From Candidatus Saganbacteria bacterium (lineage in GTDB: Bacteria; Margulisbacteria; WOR-1; JAKLHX01): a stretch of 32,000 nt of DNA. Numbering within the stretch: the stretch's first letter is position 1; the number at the start of each line of letters is the position of its first letter. The stretch is taken from positions 60,001 through 92,000 of the forward strand of contig JAPLKZ010000005.1 of assembly GCA_026387835.1 (NCBI GenBank). The letters are read 5' to 3'. Shown in pieces: positions 25,223 to 32,000 of this stretch. Position numbers and translations under genes: made by a program. The notes under the pieces were generated by a model. That model saw nothing but the letters and a program-made list of their open reading frames with translations, ran no database searches and had not been told where the DNA came from.

Positions 25223-25451
25223 TTATTTTCACTTCCAGCGACACGTTATTAGTTTCATCCCACTTGTATAACAGATCAAAGAAGGCGGCAAGGTTATTCG
25301 CCACTTCTTTGTTTTGATCACAAGTCTTAGTAGAGCTTGCATATACACAACTATTACTCACGGAAATGATTATATTGAAGAAGTGAATAGTCGAAAAGAT
25401 GCTTAAACACAGCAAACTAGCCATGTTTAAGTACGGGTAGGAATAGATCAA
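25188..25451 (-). CDS. Hypothetical protein (weak call)
   Basis: It fills the gap between two genes on the same strand. The N-terminal third is low-complexity and hydrophobic. No motif was recognised. Confidence 0.3.
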   Translation of the reverse strand: MIYSYPYLNMASLLCLSIFSTIHFFNIIISVSNSCVYASSTKTCDQNKEVANNLAAFFDLLYKWDETNNVSLEVKINEDRIDRTEKN

Positions 25452-25468
25452 ATGCAGCGAATAATGCT

Positions 25469-26311
25469 TTATTTGCGGCTTTTTAACATTGCTCTTAATG
25501 ATCTAATAGCTGAGCGGCTTTGGGTTTGGATTCTTTGCTTGTTCTTCTGTTTGCCCGACAATATATCAACAACGATAGACGCATTCTTTTCTCCGAATAT
25601 TTCAACAAGATCCTTCATTGATTTCTTTGCACCAAACATTTTTGTGATAACACCTTGAGGATCTATATACCCAAACATAGTTAGTCGACCATACATTTGC
25701 ATGGCCTGTTTTTTACCATAGCGTTTTACAAAGTCTTCCAATGCAACTGTCCCATGATAGTATTTCTTGAGATGTATTCGTTTTCTGCAATCCTTGGAGC
25801 ACCACAGCTTGTTTGGCTTGGTCACAACAAACACATCAGAGCAAGTCTTACATTGGCTTAAGAAGACACACATGCACACAAGTGAATATAAGTATTCAAA
25901 TAGAAAAGCATATATGAAATGAGACAATTTATAATCGATATCATATTCTCGCAACATATCAAATGCTGGCTGAAAGGATGTGACATAGTTTTTATCTATA
26001 CTTTTTGACGAAAAGATGGCAAGGATTGAATTTAAGCCTCTCAAAAAATCTTTAAAGGATTTGCTCGATCTTAATAAAAGAGCAAATAGCTCGTTGCATT
26101 CTTTCTTATCCTTAATGGAATCGTATAATTCATGCTGGAACAATGGATATCCCCATAAATGTTTTTCTACTACATCCATTAATTTATTGCTTGAATTGTT
26201 CTTGAGTTTGCATAATTTGTACAGATTCTTGAAGGATGGAGTTTCTTTTCTTTTTAATAACTCAAATATGTTGTGTAGGAAATTTCTTTTTTCTTCATGA
26301 ACTATCAGCAT
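25469..26311 (-). CDS. Hypothetical protein with an internal zinc-ribbon (CKTC...CSKDC), first gene of the leftward operon
   Basis: Long ORF with no recognisable catalytic motif. Start preferred at MLIVHEEK (26311, RBS TAGGAGA) over ATG 26338, which has no RBS. Confidence 0.6.
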   Translation of the reverse strand: MLIVHEEKRNFLHNIFELLKRKETPSFKNLYKLCKLKNNSSNKLMDVVEKHLWGYPLFQHELYDSIKDKKECNELFALLLRSSKSFKDFLRGLNSILAIFSSKSIDKNYVTSFQPAFDMLREYDIDYKLSHFIYAFLFEYLYSLVCMCVFLSQCKTCSDVFVVTKPNKLWCSKDCRKRIHLKKYYHGTVALEDFVKRYGKKQAMQMYGRLTMFGYIDPQGVITKMFGAKKSMKDLVEIFGEKNASIVVDILSGKQKNKQRIQTQSRSAIRSLRAMLKSRK

Positions 26312-26338
26312 AAATCTCCTATTAGTTCGGGAGGTCAT

Positions 26339-27447
26339 ACTATTAACCGTCTGTTATATTTTACTATTCTAATGCATTGTATAGCAAGGCTTATATATAA
26401 TCCCTTCCAGTCGTGTGCATTTTTCTTGGGGGGTACCCCTCTATCTATACATACTTATTCTTATGATTAGCGGAGCAGGTATTACTACAAATTCTATATG
26501 AATTTGCTTATATCGTAATTCTTCAGACATTATATTTTCGTAATTATTTTCAATTGATACGCTGGCATCAATAACATCATCACACAATAATCAGTGTGTA
26601 AATAGAATAAGCATAAATAAACATATTTACATAACACTTACGCTCTTATATAAAATTTCTTTGCTATTACTAAGTATTATGCAATAAATATATTAACAGT
26701 TTATAATTCATTGCTTATAGCATGAAGATATAAACGAGCAACTAACATCGTTTATTCTATGGATCATATGCTTACTAATATGCTTTTATATATTTCCTTA
26801 AATTAGAAGATTAAAAAAGGGACGTTCTACTCTTTTTTGTGTTCTAATATCTATCGTTAATCTATTAATATTATTAGCACATACACCCGTATTACTTTAG
26901 AGGTGTATTAATGATTGAAGATCATTACGTTAAGGTTGTAGGAACAGTTGGTCTTATCTAATTCCTGTACGGTTAACGTTCTAACCGGACATATGTGTGC
27001 TACTTGCAAACACATCCCCGGCACAGTTCTCCCAGTTGCTGGGCCGCATATTCATTCAGCTGGCACATATATGCGTGAGGCTCGATAAATTCTATTTTTT
27101 TCGTAGTGGCATACCCCCTTCATGCATTTTTGATCTGAAGTGTTTGATGTTATTTGGCTGAACTAAGAGTAAAACAAGGCATTTCTTGTGTCGGCTTTTT
27201 GTTCAAAAGCAAACATGCTAGGGGACTAAATAGATGCTTCCGGATACTTCTACTAGTACTTGAGTCACTTCGTGGATTTGTTGTTGTAGTACTTGAGTTC
27301 TTCATAGACCTTTTCACTCGACATATCTTGAGCGTTTTGCCCGCATTTGGCAGCATTTATGGGGCAAAGACTCGTATCTTACGTGTGTTTAGTCGTATTA
27401 ACTCCGTGTTTAGTCCTTATTTTGGCATCAGAAAGGAGGTGGTTTAT
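26339..27447. other. 1.1-kb ORF-free, very AT-rich divergent control region of the element (possible ori/oriT/promoters)
   Basis: No ORF of 60 aa or more lies between 26339 and 27149. The track ORF at 27154 is best read as a 5' leader. The region separates the leftward and rightward gene sets and contains the GGGGTACCCC palindrome (26430-26439), short hairpins at 26970-27063 and direct repeats at 27254-27298. Confidence 0.6.
27254..27298 (+). repeat. Two copies of TAGTACTTGAGT spaced 33 nt start-to-start (operator/iteron-like)
   Basis: Exact 12-mers at 27254-27265 and 27287-27298, about 150 nt upstream of the first rightward CDS. Confidence 0.7.
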
Positions 27448-27636
27448 ATGAATGAGCGAGAGTTCGCTGCTGTGTCCCGGGTAACGGGAGAAGTCCTTAT
27501 GACCCATGAAGGGACATATTCTGAAGCTTTGGATGCATTCGACCGTTTGTACGGTACTGAAGTCGACTATGTAGTCGAACAGTTGCCATGCCGGTCAGAT
27601 TCTCCCCACCCGGCTTATCAAGATAGCCGGTTCTAA
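27448..27636 (+). CDS. Hypothetical 62-aa protein
   Basis: ATG preceded by GAAAGGAGGTGG at ideal spacing. It is in frame with, and is the plausible core of, track ORF 27154..27636. Confidence 0.55.
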   Translation: MNEREFAAVSRVTGEVLMTHEGTYSEALDAFDRLYGTEVDYVVEQLPCRSDSPHPAYQDSRF

Positions 27637-27670
27637 CTGTCCCATTCCATCATGAAAGGAGGCGATATGC

Positions 27671-27844
27671 ATGTGTGCAACTATGAAGGATCTCTATGTC
27701 CAGACAAAGGAGATAGAAGAAAAGCTGGCTACAGGCCAGATTAACCCCGATGCTATTAAGGATTATCTAATGGCTCATAACGCTATTAGACGGGGAATAG
27801 ATGCCGGCAGAAGGCTTATAGAGGCTTCCTATGCCCGCGAATAA
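27671..27844 (+). CDS. Hypothetical 57-aa helical protein (below the ORF-track cutoff)
   Basis: RBS AAAGGAGG lies 8 nt before ATG 27671. Translation: MCATMKDLYVQTKEIEEKLATGQINPDAIKDYLMAHNAIRRGIDAGRRLIEASYARE. Confidence 0.4.
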   Translation: MCATMKDLYVQTKEIEEKLATGQINPDAIKDYLMAHNAIRRGIDAGRRLIEASYARE

Positions 27845-27891
27845 TAGGCCTTTGAGTTTCGTTGAATAATCTATGAAAGGAGACGAATATC

Positions 27892-28290
27892 ATGTCATTA
27901 AATCGTATGATCCTTACAGGAACCCTAACCCGTGACCCTGAATTAAGGTACACAAAGGAGGAGATTCCTGTTGCAAGATTCACTGTTGCCATTAAAAGCA
28001 TACAGAGAAAGGGCAAGGACAAAGACACGCAATACTTTAATTGTGTTGCATGGCGTGGACTTGCTTCTATCGTCGGTGAGTACCTAAAGAAGGGATCTTT
28101 GGTCGCCATAGAGGGAAAGCTTCAAATCAAGCCCTATGAAAGTAAGGGGATGAAGAAGCATTACACCGAGATCGTCGTAGACAATTTGCTGATGCTGGAC
28201 AAGAAGTTCTATGGCAAAGCAATACCCTCAGCAGAATCTGAAGATGTTACTTCAGAGGAAGGGAGTGAGATACATGGACAATGTGATTAG
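27892..28290 (+). CDS. ssb: Single-stranded DNA-binding protein
   Basis: OB-fold SSB pattern: NRMILTGTLTRDPELRYT...VARFTVA...TQYFNCVAWRGLA......YLKKGSLVAIEGKLQ. RBS AAAGGAG. The acidic tail lacks the canonical terminal DDIPF. Confidence 0.85.
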   Translation: MSLNRMILTGTLTRDPELRYTKEEIPVARFTVAIKSIQRKGKDKDTQYFNCVAWRGLASIVGEYLKKGSLVAIEGKLQIKPYESKGMKKHYTEIVVDNLLMLDKKFYGKAIPSAESEDVTSEEGSEIHGQCD

Positions 28291-28582
28291 TTCTTATACC
28301 TTAGGCAATGCAATCAGCGATGGCGTGTTAGTACCGGTGTTCCGTAATCGCTGGCCTTCGCTGTCTGGCTGTAAGCCTATCGTAGCAACCGCTTCGATCA
28401 TTTCAGAGTTCTCCCTGGCTGCTATTCAGGAGATATGGAATGAGTTTGTTAAATGGGTAAAGGACGAGAAGGCTGATCTTAGACCTGAGGATCGACTGTT
28501 CAAAACCCAGATGAATTCTAAGGACATTTGGGTTGTAGAAGACCCTCAGGCATATACGATCATGTTTCCATCGGACTATTAG
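28274..28582 (+). CDS. Hypothetical 102-aa protein (resembles small conserved plasmid/phage-borne proteins)
   Basis: Start at MDNVISS (RBS GGAAGGGAG), overlapping the ssb end by 17 nt. The N-terminal YTLGNAISDGVLVPV and C-terminal AYTIMFPSDY remind me of an uncharacterised mobile-element family. This is unverified. Confidence 0.5.
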   Translation: MDNVISSYTLGNAISDGVLVPVFRNRWPSLSGCKPIVATASIISEFSLAAIQEIWNEFVKWVKDEKADLRPEDRLFKTQMNSKDIWVVEDPQAYTIMFPSDY

Positions 28583-28617
28583 TATATCAAATCTGCCTGA
28601 AAGGAGGTGTGTCTTGT

Positions 28618-28956
28618 ATGGGAAATAACAAAAGGACAACGGTATACTTTGGACGGCCTTCCGGGCGTAACCCCGAACATCTTGCCAATATAATGATCCG
28701 GTTCTTTAACGGCGAATATATAAGGGGTGTAATGATCTACAAAAAGCTCTCAATGATGGGAGAGCCGTTCTTCCTGCTTAAGTATCCGTCCTATGTTAAT
28801 GACAAGGGTTTGCAGGTTCCGTTCTTTAGGTTAAGCCAAGATCGTGAACAGAAGATCATATCTCTATTCACAAAGGCTTATGAGAAGGGGGAACTTGTAG
28901 AATCCTATCCGCTTTCCTTCGTAGACACAAAGGTGTTCTCGAAAGTCCTCGCTTAG
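28618..28956 (+). CDS. Hypothetical 112-aa protein, possibly a distant SpoVG-like fold
   Basis: RBS GAAAGGAGGTG precedes ATG 28618. There is loose colinearity with the SpoVG pattern (..IRGVMIYKK...GEPF.LLKYPS....G.....F.L....R.KI....TKAYEK). The similarity is weak. Confidence 0.5.
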   Translation: MGNNKRTTVYFGRPSGRNPEHLANIMIRFFNGEYIRGVMIYKKLSMMGEPFFLLKYPSYVNDKGLQVPFFRLSQDREQKIISLFTKAYEKGELVESYPLSFVDTKVFSKVLA

Positions 28957-28969
28957 TTAGATAGTTTGT

Positions 28970-29037
28970 TAGCCGGCACCAATACCAAGGCAGCTCTTTG
29001 CCACAAGGAGTTTCTTTGTCTTGTGCGGTGTCGGCTA
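28970..29037. other. 68-nt compound stem-loop between convergent genes
   Basis: An 11-bp closing stem TAGCCGGCACC/GGTGTCGGCTA (one G-U pair) encloses smaller hairpins. It is followed by a ~28-nt AT-rich near-palindrome (about 29037-29066: TTCAAA-T-CAAATTTG-T-TTTGAA). Confidence 0.5.
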
Positions 29038-29084
29038 TATTCAAATCAAATTTGTTTGAAATATTCTTAGGGAAGAAAAGACTA

Positions 29085-30080
29085 CTAATAATAAATCCTT
29101 GTAGGGCCTTGAATATCTATTATTCTTCGTCCGTTTTCGTCATACTCCTCGAGTATCATATGAGTGTTTTTGTTTTCAATTCTTCTTGTTCGTCCATTAT
29201 CATAATAATATTTCCAAATCCCAACCTCCACCCCATTAAGGTATTGTCCAACATAACATAGTCTCCCATTTTCATAATAGTCCTTTCTAACTCCGTGTAA
29301 TTCGCCATTTTTATAGTTACATATGCTCTCCACCTTACCGTTATCATAGTGGGATCGCTGTTCACCATGAAGTTCTCCGTTTTTATAATTCGCACCCCCT
29401 GACTTGCCATCGAGTTCCCAGTCCTTATAATTAGAGATCTTTATTGGCTTACCGTCATGTAGTAGTCCTCGAGAATATTCAATAGTCTGCCCATTGAGTT
29501 TCCCGTTTTTGAATGTTCTAACTTCTAGTGTGGTTCCATCGGAATTATATTCAATGCTTTTCCCTTCGATCAATCCATTTATATAATATTGTTTCTTTAG
29601 CAGATGCATATCTGCGTCATATATTTTTCTTTCCCCGCTTATTAATCCTTCCCCATTTAATTTCTTGCTATCATAATACATTTTTGAGCCACTAAATTCA
29701 TCCTTTTCAAATTCCGGAATAGGGTGATACTTGCTCTCCACATATGAGGAACCATCTGAACATCCCCACACGGGAATAACATCAGGATCCCCGATGTTGG
29801 ATAATATACCACTCCGAATCCACGCAACGATATTGGAATCAGGTTTATATAGGATCTTATACATCTGACCGTCACCAGAATTTGAGATCACCTTATATGT
29901 TTCGGATTTATTTACAACCCCAATAATATTGTGGCTATCATCGTATACTTCTCCTGTGCTAATCACATATGCATACTCACCTCCAGAAATAGCCAAACAA
30001 CTCCCATAAATCATACTAATTAAAAATAGCGACAAGCATATAGAGATTATTTGTTTGAAGCAATTCGACTTAAATGTCAT
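29085..30080 (-). CDS. Secreted MORN-variant (YwqK-like) repeat protein with an N-terminal SH3-like region
   Basis: Signal peptide present. Repeats of the Y.NG...G....YY.NG type, for example YKNGELHGEQRSHYDNGKVESICNYKNGELHGVRKDYYENGRL. Start at the second ATG (30080, RBS GGAAGA); the ORF-track start is 30086. Confidence 0.75.
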   Translation of the reverse strand: MTFKSNCFKQIISICLSLFLISMIYGSCLAISGGEYAYVISTGEVYDDSHNIIGVVNKSETYKVISNSGDGQMYKILYKPDSNIVAWIRSGILSNIGDPDVIPVWGCSDGSSYVESKYHPIPEFEKDEFSGSKMYYDSKKLNGEGLISGERKIYDADMHLLKKQYYINGLIEGKSIEYNSDGTTLEVRTFKNGKLNGQTIEYSRGLLHDGKPIKISNYKDWELDGKSGGANYKNGELHGEQRSHYDNGKVESICNYKNGELHGVRKDYYENGRLCYVGQYLNGVEVGIWKYYYDNGRTRRIENKNTHMILEEYDENGRRIIDIQGPTRIYY

Positions 30081-30117
30081 TTGCATTCTTCCGCGATAAG
30101 CTGTTTTCTTTACTACG

Positions 30118-30139
30118 GTTCCCTGTAGGGAACTATAAT
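30118..30139 (+). promoter_or_regulatory. Perfect inverted repeat GTTCCCT-GT-AGGGAAC abutting a consensus TATAAT: operator plus -10 of the XRE gene
   Basis: 7+7-bp arms at 30118-30133. TATAAT at 30134-30139. It lies in the divergent gap between the MORN gene (minus strand) and the XRE gene (plus strand). Confidence 0.5.
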
Positions 30140-30171
30140 ATCATGCAAATATAGTACATTCAATAATTACT

Positions 30172-30393
30172 ATGATGTCAAATGAGAGCCTGAAAAAGGC
30201 AGTTGGCAGAAGAATAACTTCCCTCCGGAAAGCCAAGAATCTTACCATTGAAAAGCTTGCTTATGAGAACGATCTTGCTAAGGGCAATCTGAGTGAGCTT
30301 GAAAAGGGAAAGATTAACCCGCAACTTACGACCCTGTATAGAATTGCAAAGGGATTGGACTTGTCCTTGAAAGAATTGCTGGATATAGATTAA
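30172..30393 (+). CDS. XRE-family HTH transcriptional regulator
   Basis: LRKAKNLTIEKLAYENDLAKGNLSELEKGKINPQLTTLYRIAKGLDLSLKELL is the canonical HTH_3 pattern. Confidence 0.85.
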   Translation: MMSNESLKKAVGRRITSLRKAKNLTIEKLAYENDLAKGNLSELEKGKINPQLTTLYRIAKGLDLSLKELLDID

Positions 30394-30405
30394 TTATTAC
30401 GCCGC

Positions 30406-31515
30406 TTATAGTGAAATACCGGACTTCGCAAGAAGATCATTGTAAAGTTTTGCCTGTCCAGATGATCCAGGGATATATGCTTCCCGATTAAAATCACCAT
30501 CTTTCAAATCGATTTTATTGAAAATATTTTGAAATTCAGTTATTGATATTACCTTGTCTGGTTTTTTAAAGCTAACGTAGATATCTTTTAATAATTTCAT
30601 CAATGCAATAAATCCCGTAGATCTGTTAAGAATGGAATTCTCTTGGACTTTAGTCCACGCATCCTCCCATTTGTTTTGAATGGCCATGAAATAATTCCAA
30701 ATTATCATTGTTATTATCTCGTCTTTTTCATCAATAAAAAGATTTCTGAATATAAGCTTAATTGTTTCATCCCCAACAATGCTCTTAGGTTTTCCGCCAC
30801 GCTTGTATATATCCCTATCATTCATCGGGTTTTTCGTTATATACTTCATAATGTTTTGTGCCATTGTGGCTTGAGTTATTGTCTCTTTTTCTTTGTCTAA
30901 TGCAGTACCAAGCAGTTTTATTTTTCCGTAAAATGGACTTCCCTTTTTGAAGTTTAATACCCGAGTAATATTATGTGCTGTCTTCTGAGGGCTTCTTGAT
31001 TTTGCATATTCAAACAGATCTATTACGAGTGATTGATTAACTTTAGTTTGAGTTTTATTAATAGTTGCGAATAGTATCGCCTGATCTTCTATTTCCATGT
31101 CGATAAAGATTGTAACGTTAAGCTGGAACTTCTCCGCTGCCATGCTATTGTCTTCAAAACCGGCAATTCTATGCTGCCCGTCTAATATTTTTGCAATATC
31201 TGGCCTTTTAATTATGGTTAATTTCTTATTATCAGGATCATAGGACACATTATCAGAGTCTATCGAAAGAATTATGCTTGTTGGAAAAGAAGCATCGACC
31301 AGATTAATGTACTGTTTTAAATCGTCAACTCTCTTTGGGGAGAGAGGCCTCTGTATTCCAATATATTTTTCTATGTCTCTCTCTTCGATTCTTCTTATGT
31401 CGCTAAACGTGATTGATAGCAGATCTTTAAAGTTTATTCTGCCGATGTAAAATTTGCCTATAGGTTGATTTACTTCTATAGAATCGATTGTTATTTTATC
31501 TGCTTTATCTGCCAT
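30406..31515 (-). CDS. DGQHR-domain protein (DndB-like, ParB/Srx-fold)
   Basis: Literal motif KILDGQHRIAG. An upstream GIQRPL...RV..L..Y and FPTSIILSI follow the DGQHR-domain (TIGR03187-type) pattern. The ATG overlaps the upstream gene stop (TAATG). Confidence 0.85.
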   Translation of the reverse strand: MADKADKITIDSIEVNQPIGKFYIGRINFKDLLSITFSDIRRIEERDIEKYIGIQRPLSPKRVDDLKQYINLVDASFPTSIILSIDSDNVSYDPDNKKLTIIKRPDIAKILDGQHRIAGFEDNSMAAEKFQLNVTIFIDMEIEDQAILFATINKTQTKVNQSLVIDLFEYAKSRSPQKTAHNITRVLNFKKGSPFYGKIKLLGTALDKEKETITQATMAQNIMKYITKNPMNDRDIYKRGGKPKSIVGDETIKLIFRNLFIDEKDEIITMIIWNYFMAIQNKWEDAWTKVQENSILNRSTGFIALMKLLKDIYVSFKKPDKVISITEFQNIFNKIDLKDGDFNREAYIPGSSGQAKLYNDLLAKSGISL

Positions 31516-32000
31516 TATTTGCCCTCTGGATTTTCTGGTCCTGTTGTGTCCTTTCCAGATTCTGATTCTGGAGTTGTAGCAGCATCTTCTTCTTTAAGTT
31601 TCACCATAAGATCATCTATTTCATTGTCGCTTTCTTGTTTCAGATCGACATCGGGAAGATCTTCTTTTGATTCAAACTGGACTGAAAGGGCTCGATAAGA
31701 ACAATAAATAGAGAAACAGATTAATAATACTGAGACCCACCTTACTAAGTTTAGGTCGATGTTAATCGCAGTATTTAAAACGGGGATTATTTGTCCGGAT
31801 AAAAATATCCCACCATACATAACTGAGGAAAAAATAATAAACCATATTAAAGATATGCTTATATAATAATCGACCATCATATTCTTTTTAAGAATCCATT
31901 CTTTATTCTCATTTTCATTAAATAAAAACAATGAGGAGGATAGCAGAGCAGCACTATACAGGAAGAGATCTCCTTTATCAATAAATATATGAACTTCTTT
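31515..32000 (-). CDS. Membrane protein with a strongly acidic C-terminal tail, N-terminus probably outside the window
   Basis: At least 2 TM helices (YYISISLIWFIIFSSVMYGGIFL and WVSVLLICFSIYCSY), then an Asp/Glu-rich tail of about 55 aa. The track start (31931) is a TTG with no RBS, and the frame stays open to base 32000. Confidence 0.5.
   Translation of the reverse strand, partial: KEVHIFIDKGDLFLYSAALLSSSLFLFNENENKEWILKKNMMVDYYISISLIWFIIFSSVMYGGIFLSGQIIPVLNTAINIDLNLVRWVSVLLICFSIYCSYRALSVQFESKEDLPDVDLKQESDNEIDDLMVKLKEEDAATTPESESGKDTTGPENPEGK

Larger units (their letters stand above)
18486..32000. mobile_element. Integrated mobile genetic element / genomic island adjacent to the tRNA-Asn 3' end; right boundary not in the window
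   Basis: Abrupt shift to AT-richer composition directly after the tRNA. A large serine recombinase abuts the tRNA. Cargo includes an R-M system, ssb, SpoVG-like, wHTH, XRE and DGQHR genes. No copy of the tRNA 3' end was found further right in the window. Confidence 0.65.

Noticed and set aside
27154-27447. N-terminal 98 codons of track ORF 27154..27636
   Set aside because: There is no RBS at 27154 and the sequence is hydrophobic and low-complexity. The strong GAAAGGAGG RBS sits before the internal ATG at 27448, so the upstream part is treated as leader or operator DNA.
27816-28109. 97-aa minus-strand ORF opposite ssb
   Set aside because: It is antisense to a clearly recognisable SSB OB-fold gene.
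28998-29261. 87-aa plus-strand ORF overlapping the 3' end of the MORN gene
   Set aside because: It is an AT-rich alternate or antisense frame, begins inside the intergenic stem-loop, and has no RBS.
1-32000. Search for CRISPR arrays, rRNA, IS transposases, a retron or DGR reverse transcriptase, and a second copy of the tRNA-Asn 3' end marking the right att site
   Set aside because: None was seen by eye on either strand. The only regularly spaced repeats are intragenic (Cys modules, ANK repeats). The element's right boundary presumably lies beyond the window.

Overview
The window splits at a tRNA-Asn(GTT) gene (18413-18485).

LEFT, 1-18.4 kb, visibly more GC-rich. This looks like chromosomal DNA of a diderm bacterium; the taxon cannot be determined from sequence alone. 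Envelope and secreted functions dominate:
- a monocistronic RRM-type RNA-binding protein;
- a same-strand locus (1179-5611) of a ~42-cysteine tandem-repeat lipoprotein, a DUF4418-like mini membrane protein, a translationally coupled MacB/FtsX-type ABC transporter, an NlpE-N-like protein and a ~10% methionine beta-barrel, which I read as a candidate uncharacterised envelope soft-metal system;
- a minus-strand operon of porin-like barrel, lipoprotein metallophosphoesterase, secreted HAD phosphatase and a discoidin-domain hydrolase-like protein;
- a C45/Ntn-type lipoprotein;
- an FGE/SUMF1-like enzyme followed by an 846-aa ankyrin protein with at least 18 repeats;
- a periplasmic SBP3+sCache fusion with no output domain.

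RIGHT, 18.5-32 kb, AT-richer and running off the window. This is an integrated mobile element.
- Its large serine recombinase ORF reads into the antisense of the tRNA and the tRNA terminator.
- The recombinase is the last gene of a tightly overlapped leftward chain: XRE-HTH, Type III Mod, Type III Res, recombinase. Upstream of that chain sit SpoVG-like, winged-helix and zinc-ribbon genes.
- A 1.1-kb ORF-free AT-rich control region separates this chain from a rightward set of five small strong-RBS genes that includes ssb.
- Further right are a secreted MORN-variant repeat protein, an XRE regulator with a perfect palindromic operator, and an orphan DGQHR (DndB/ParB-fold) protein coupled to a membrane protein with an acidic tail.

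I rate the DGQHR pair the best candidate for an undescribed defence-type module. Next come the recombinase-coupled R-M operon and the metal locus.

No CRISPR array, rRNA or transposase was seen. All functional calls rest on motifs read by eye from the translations. No database search was run.
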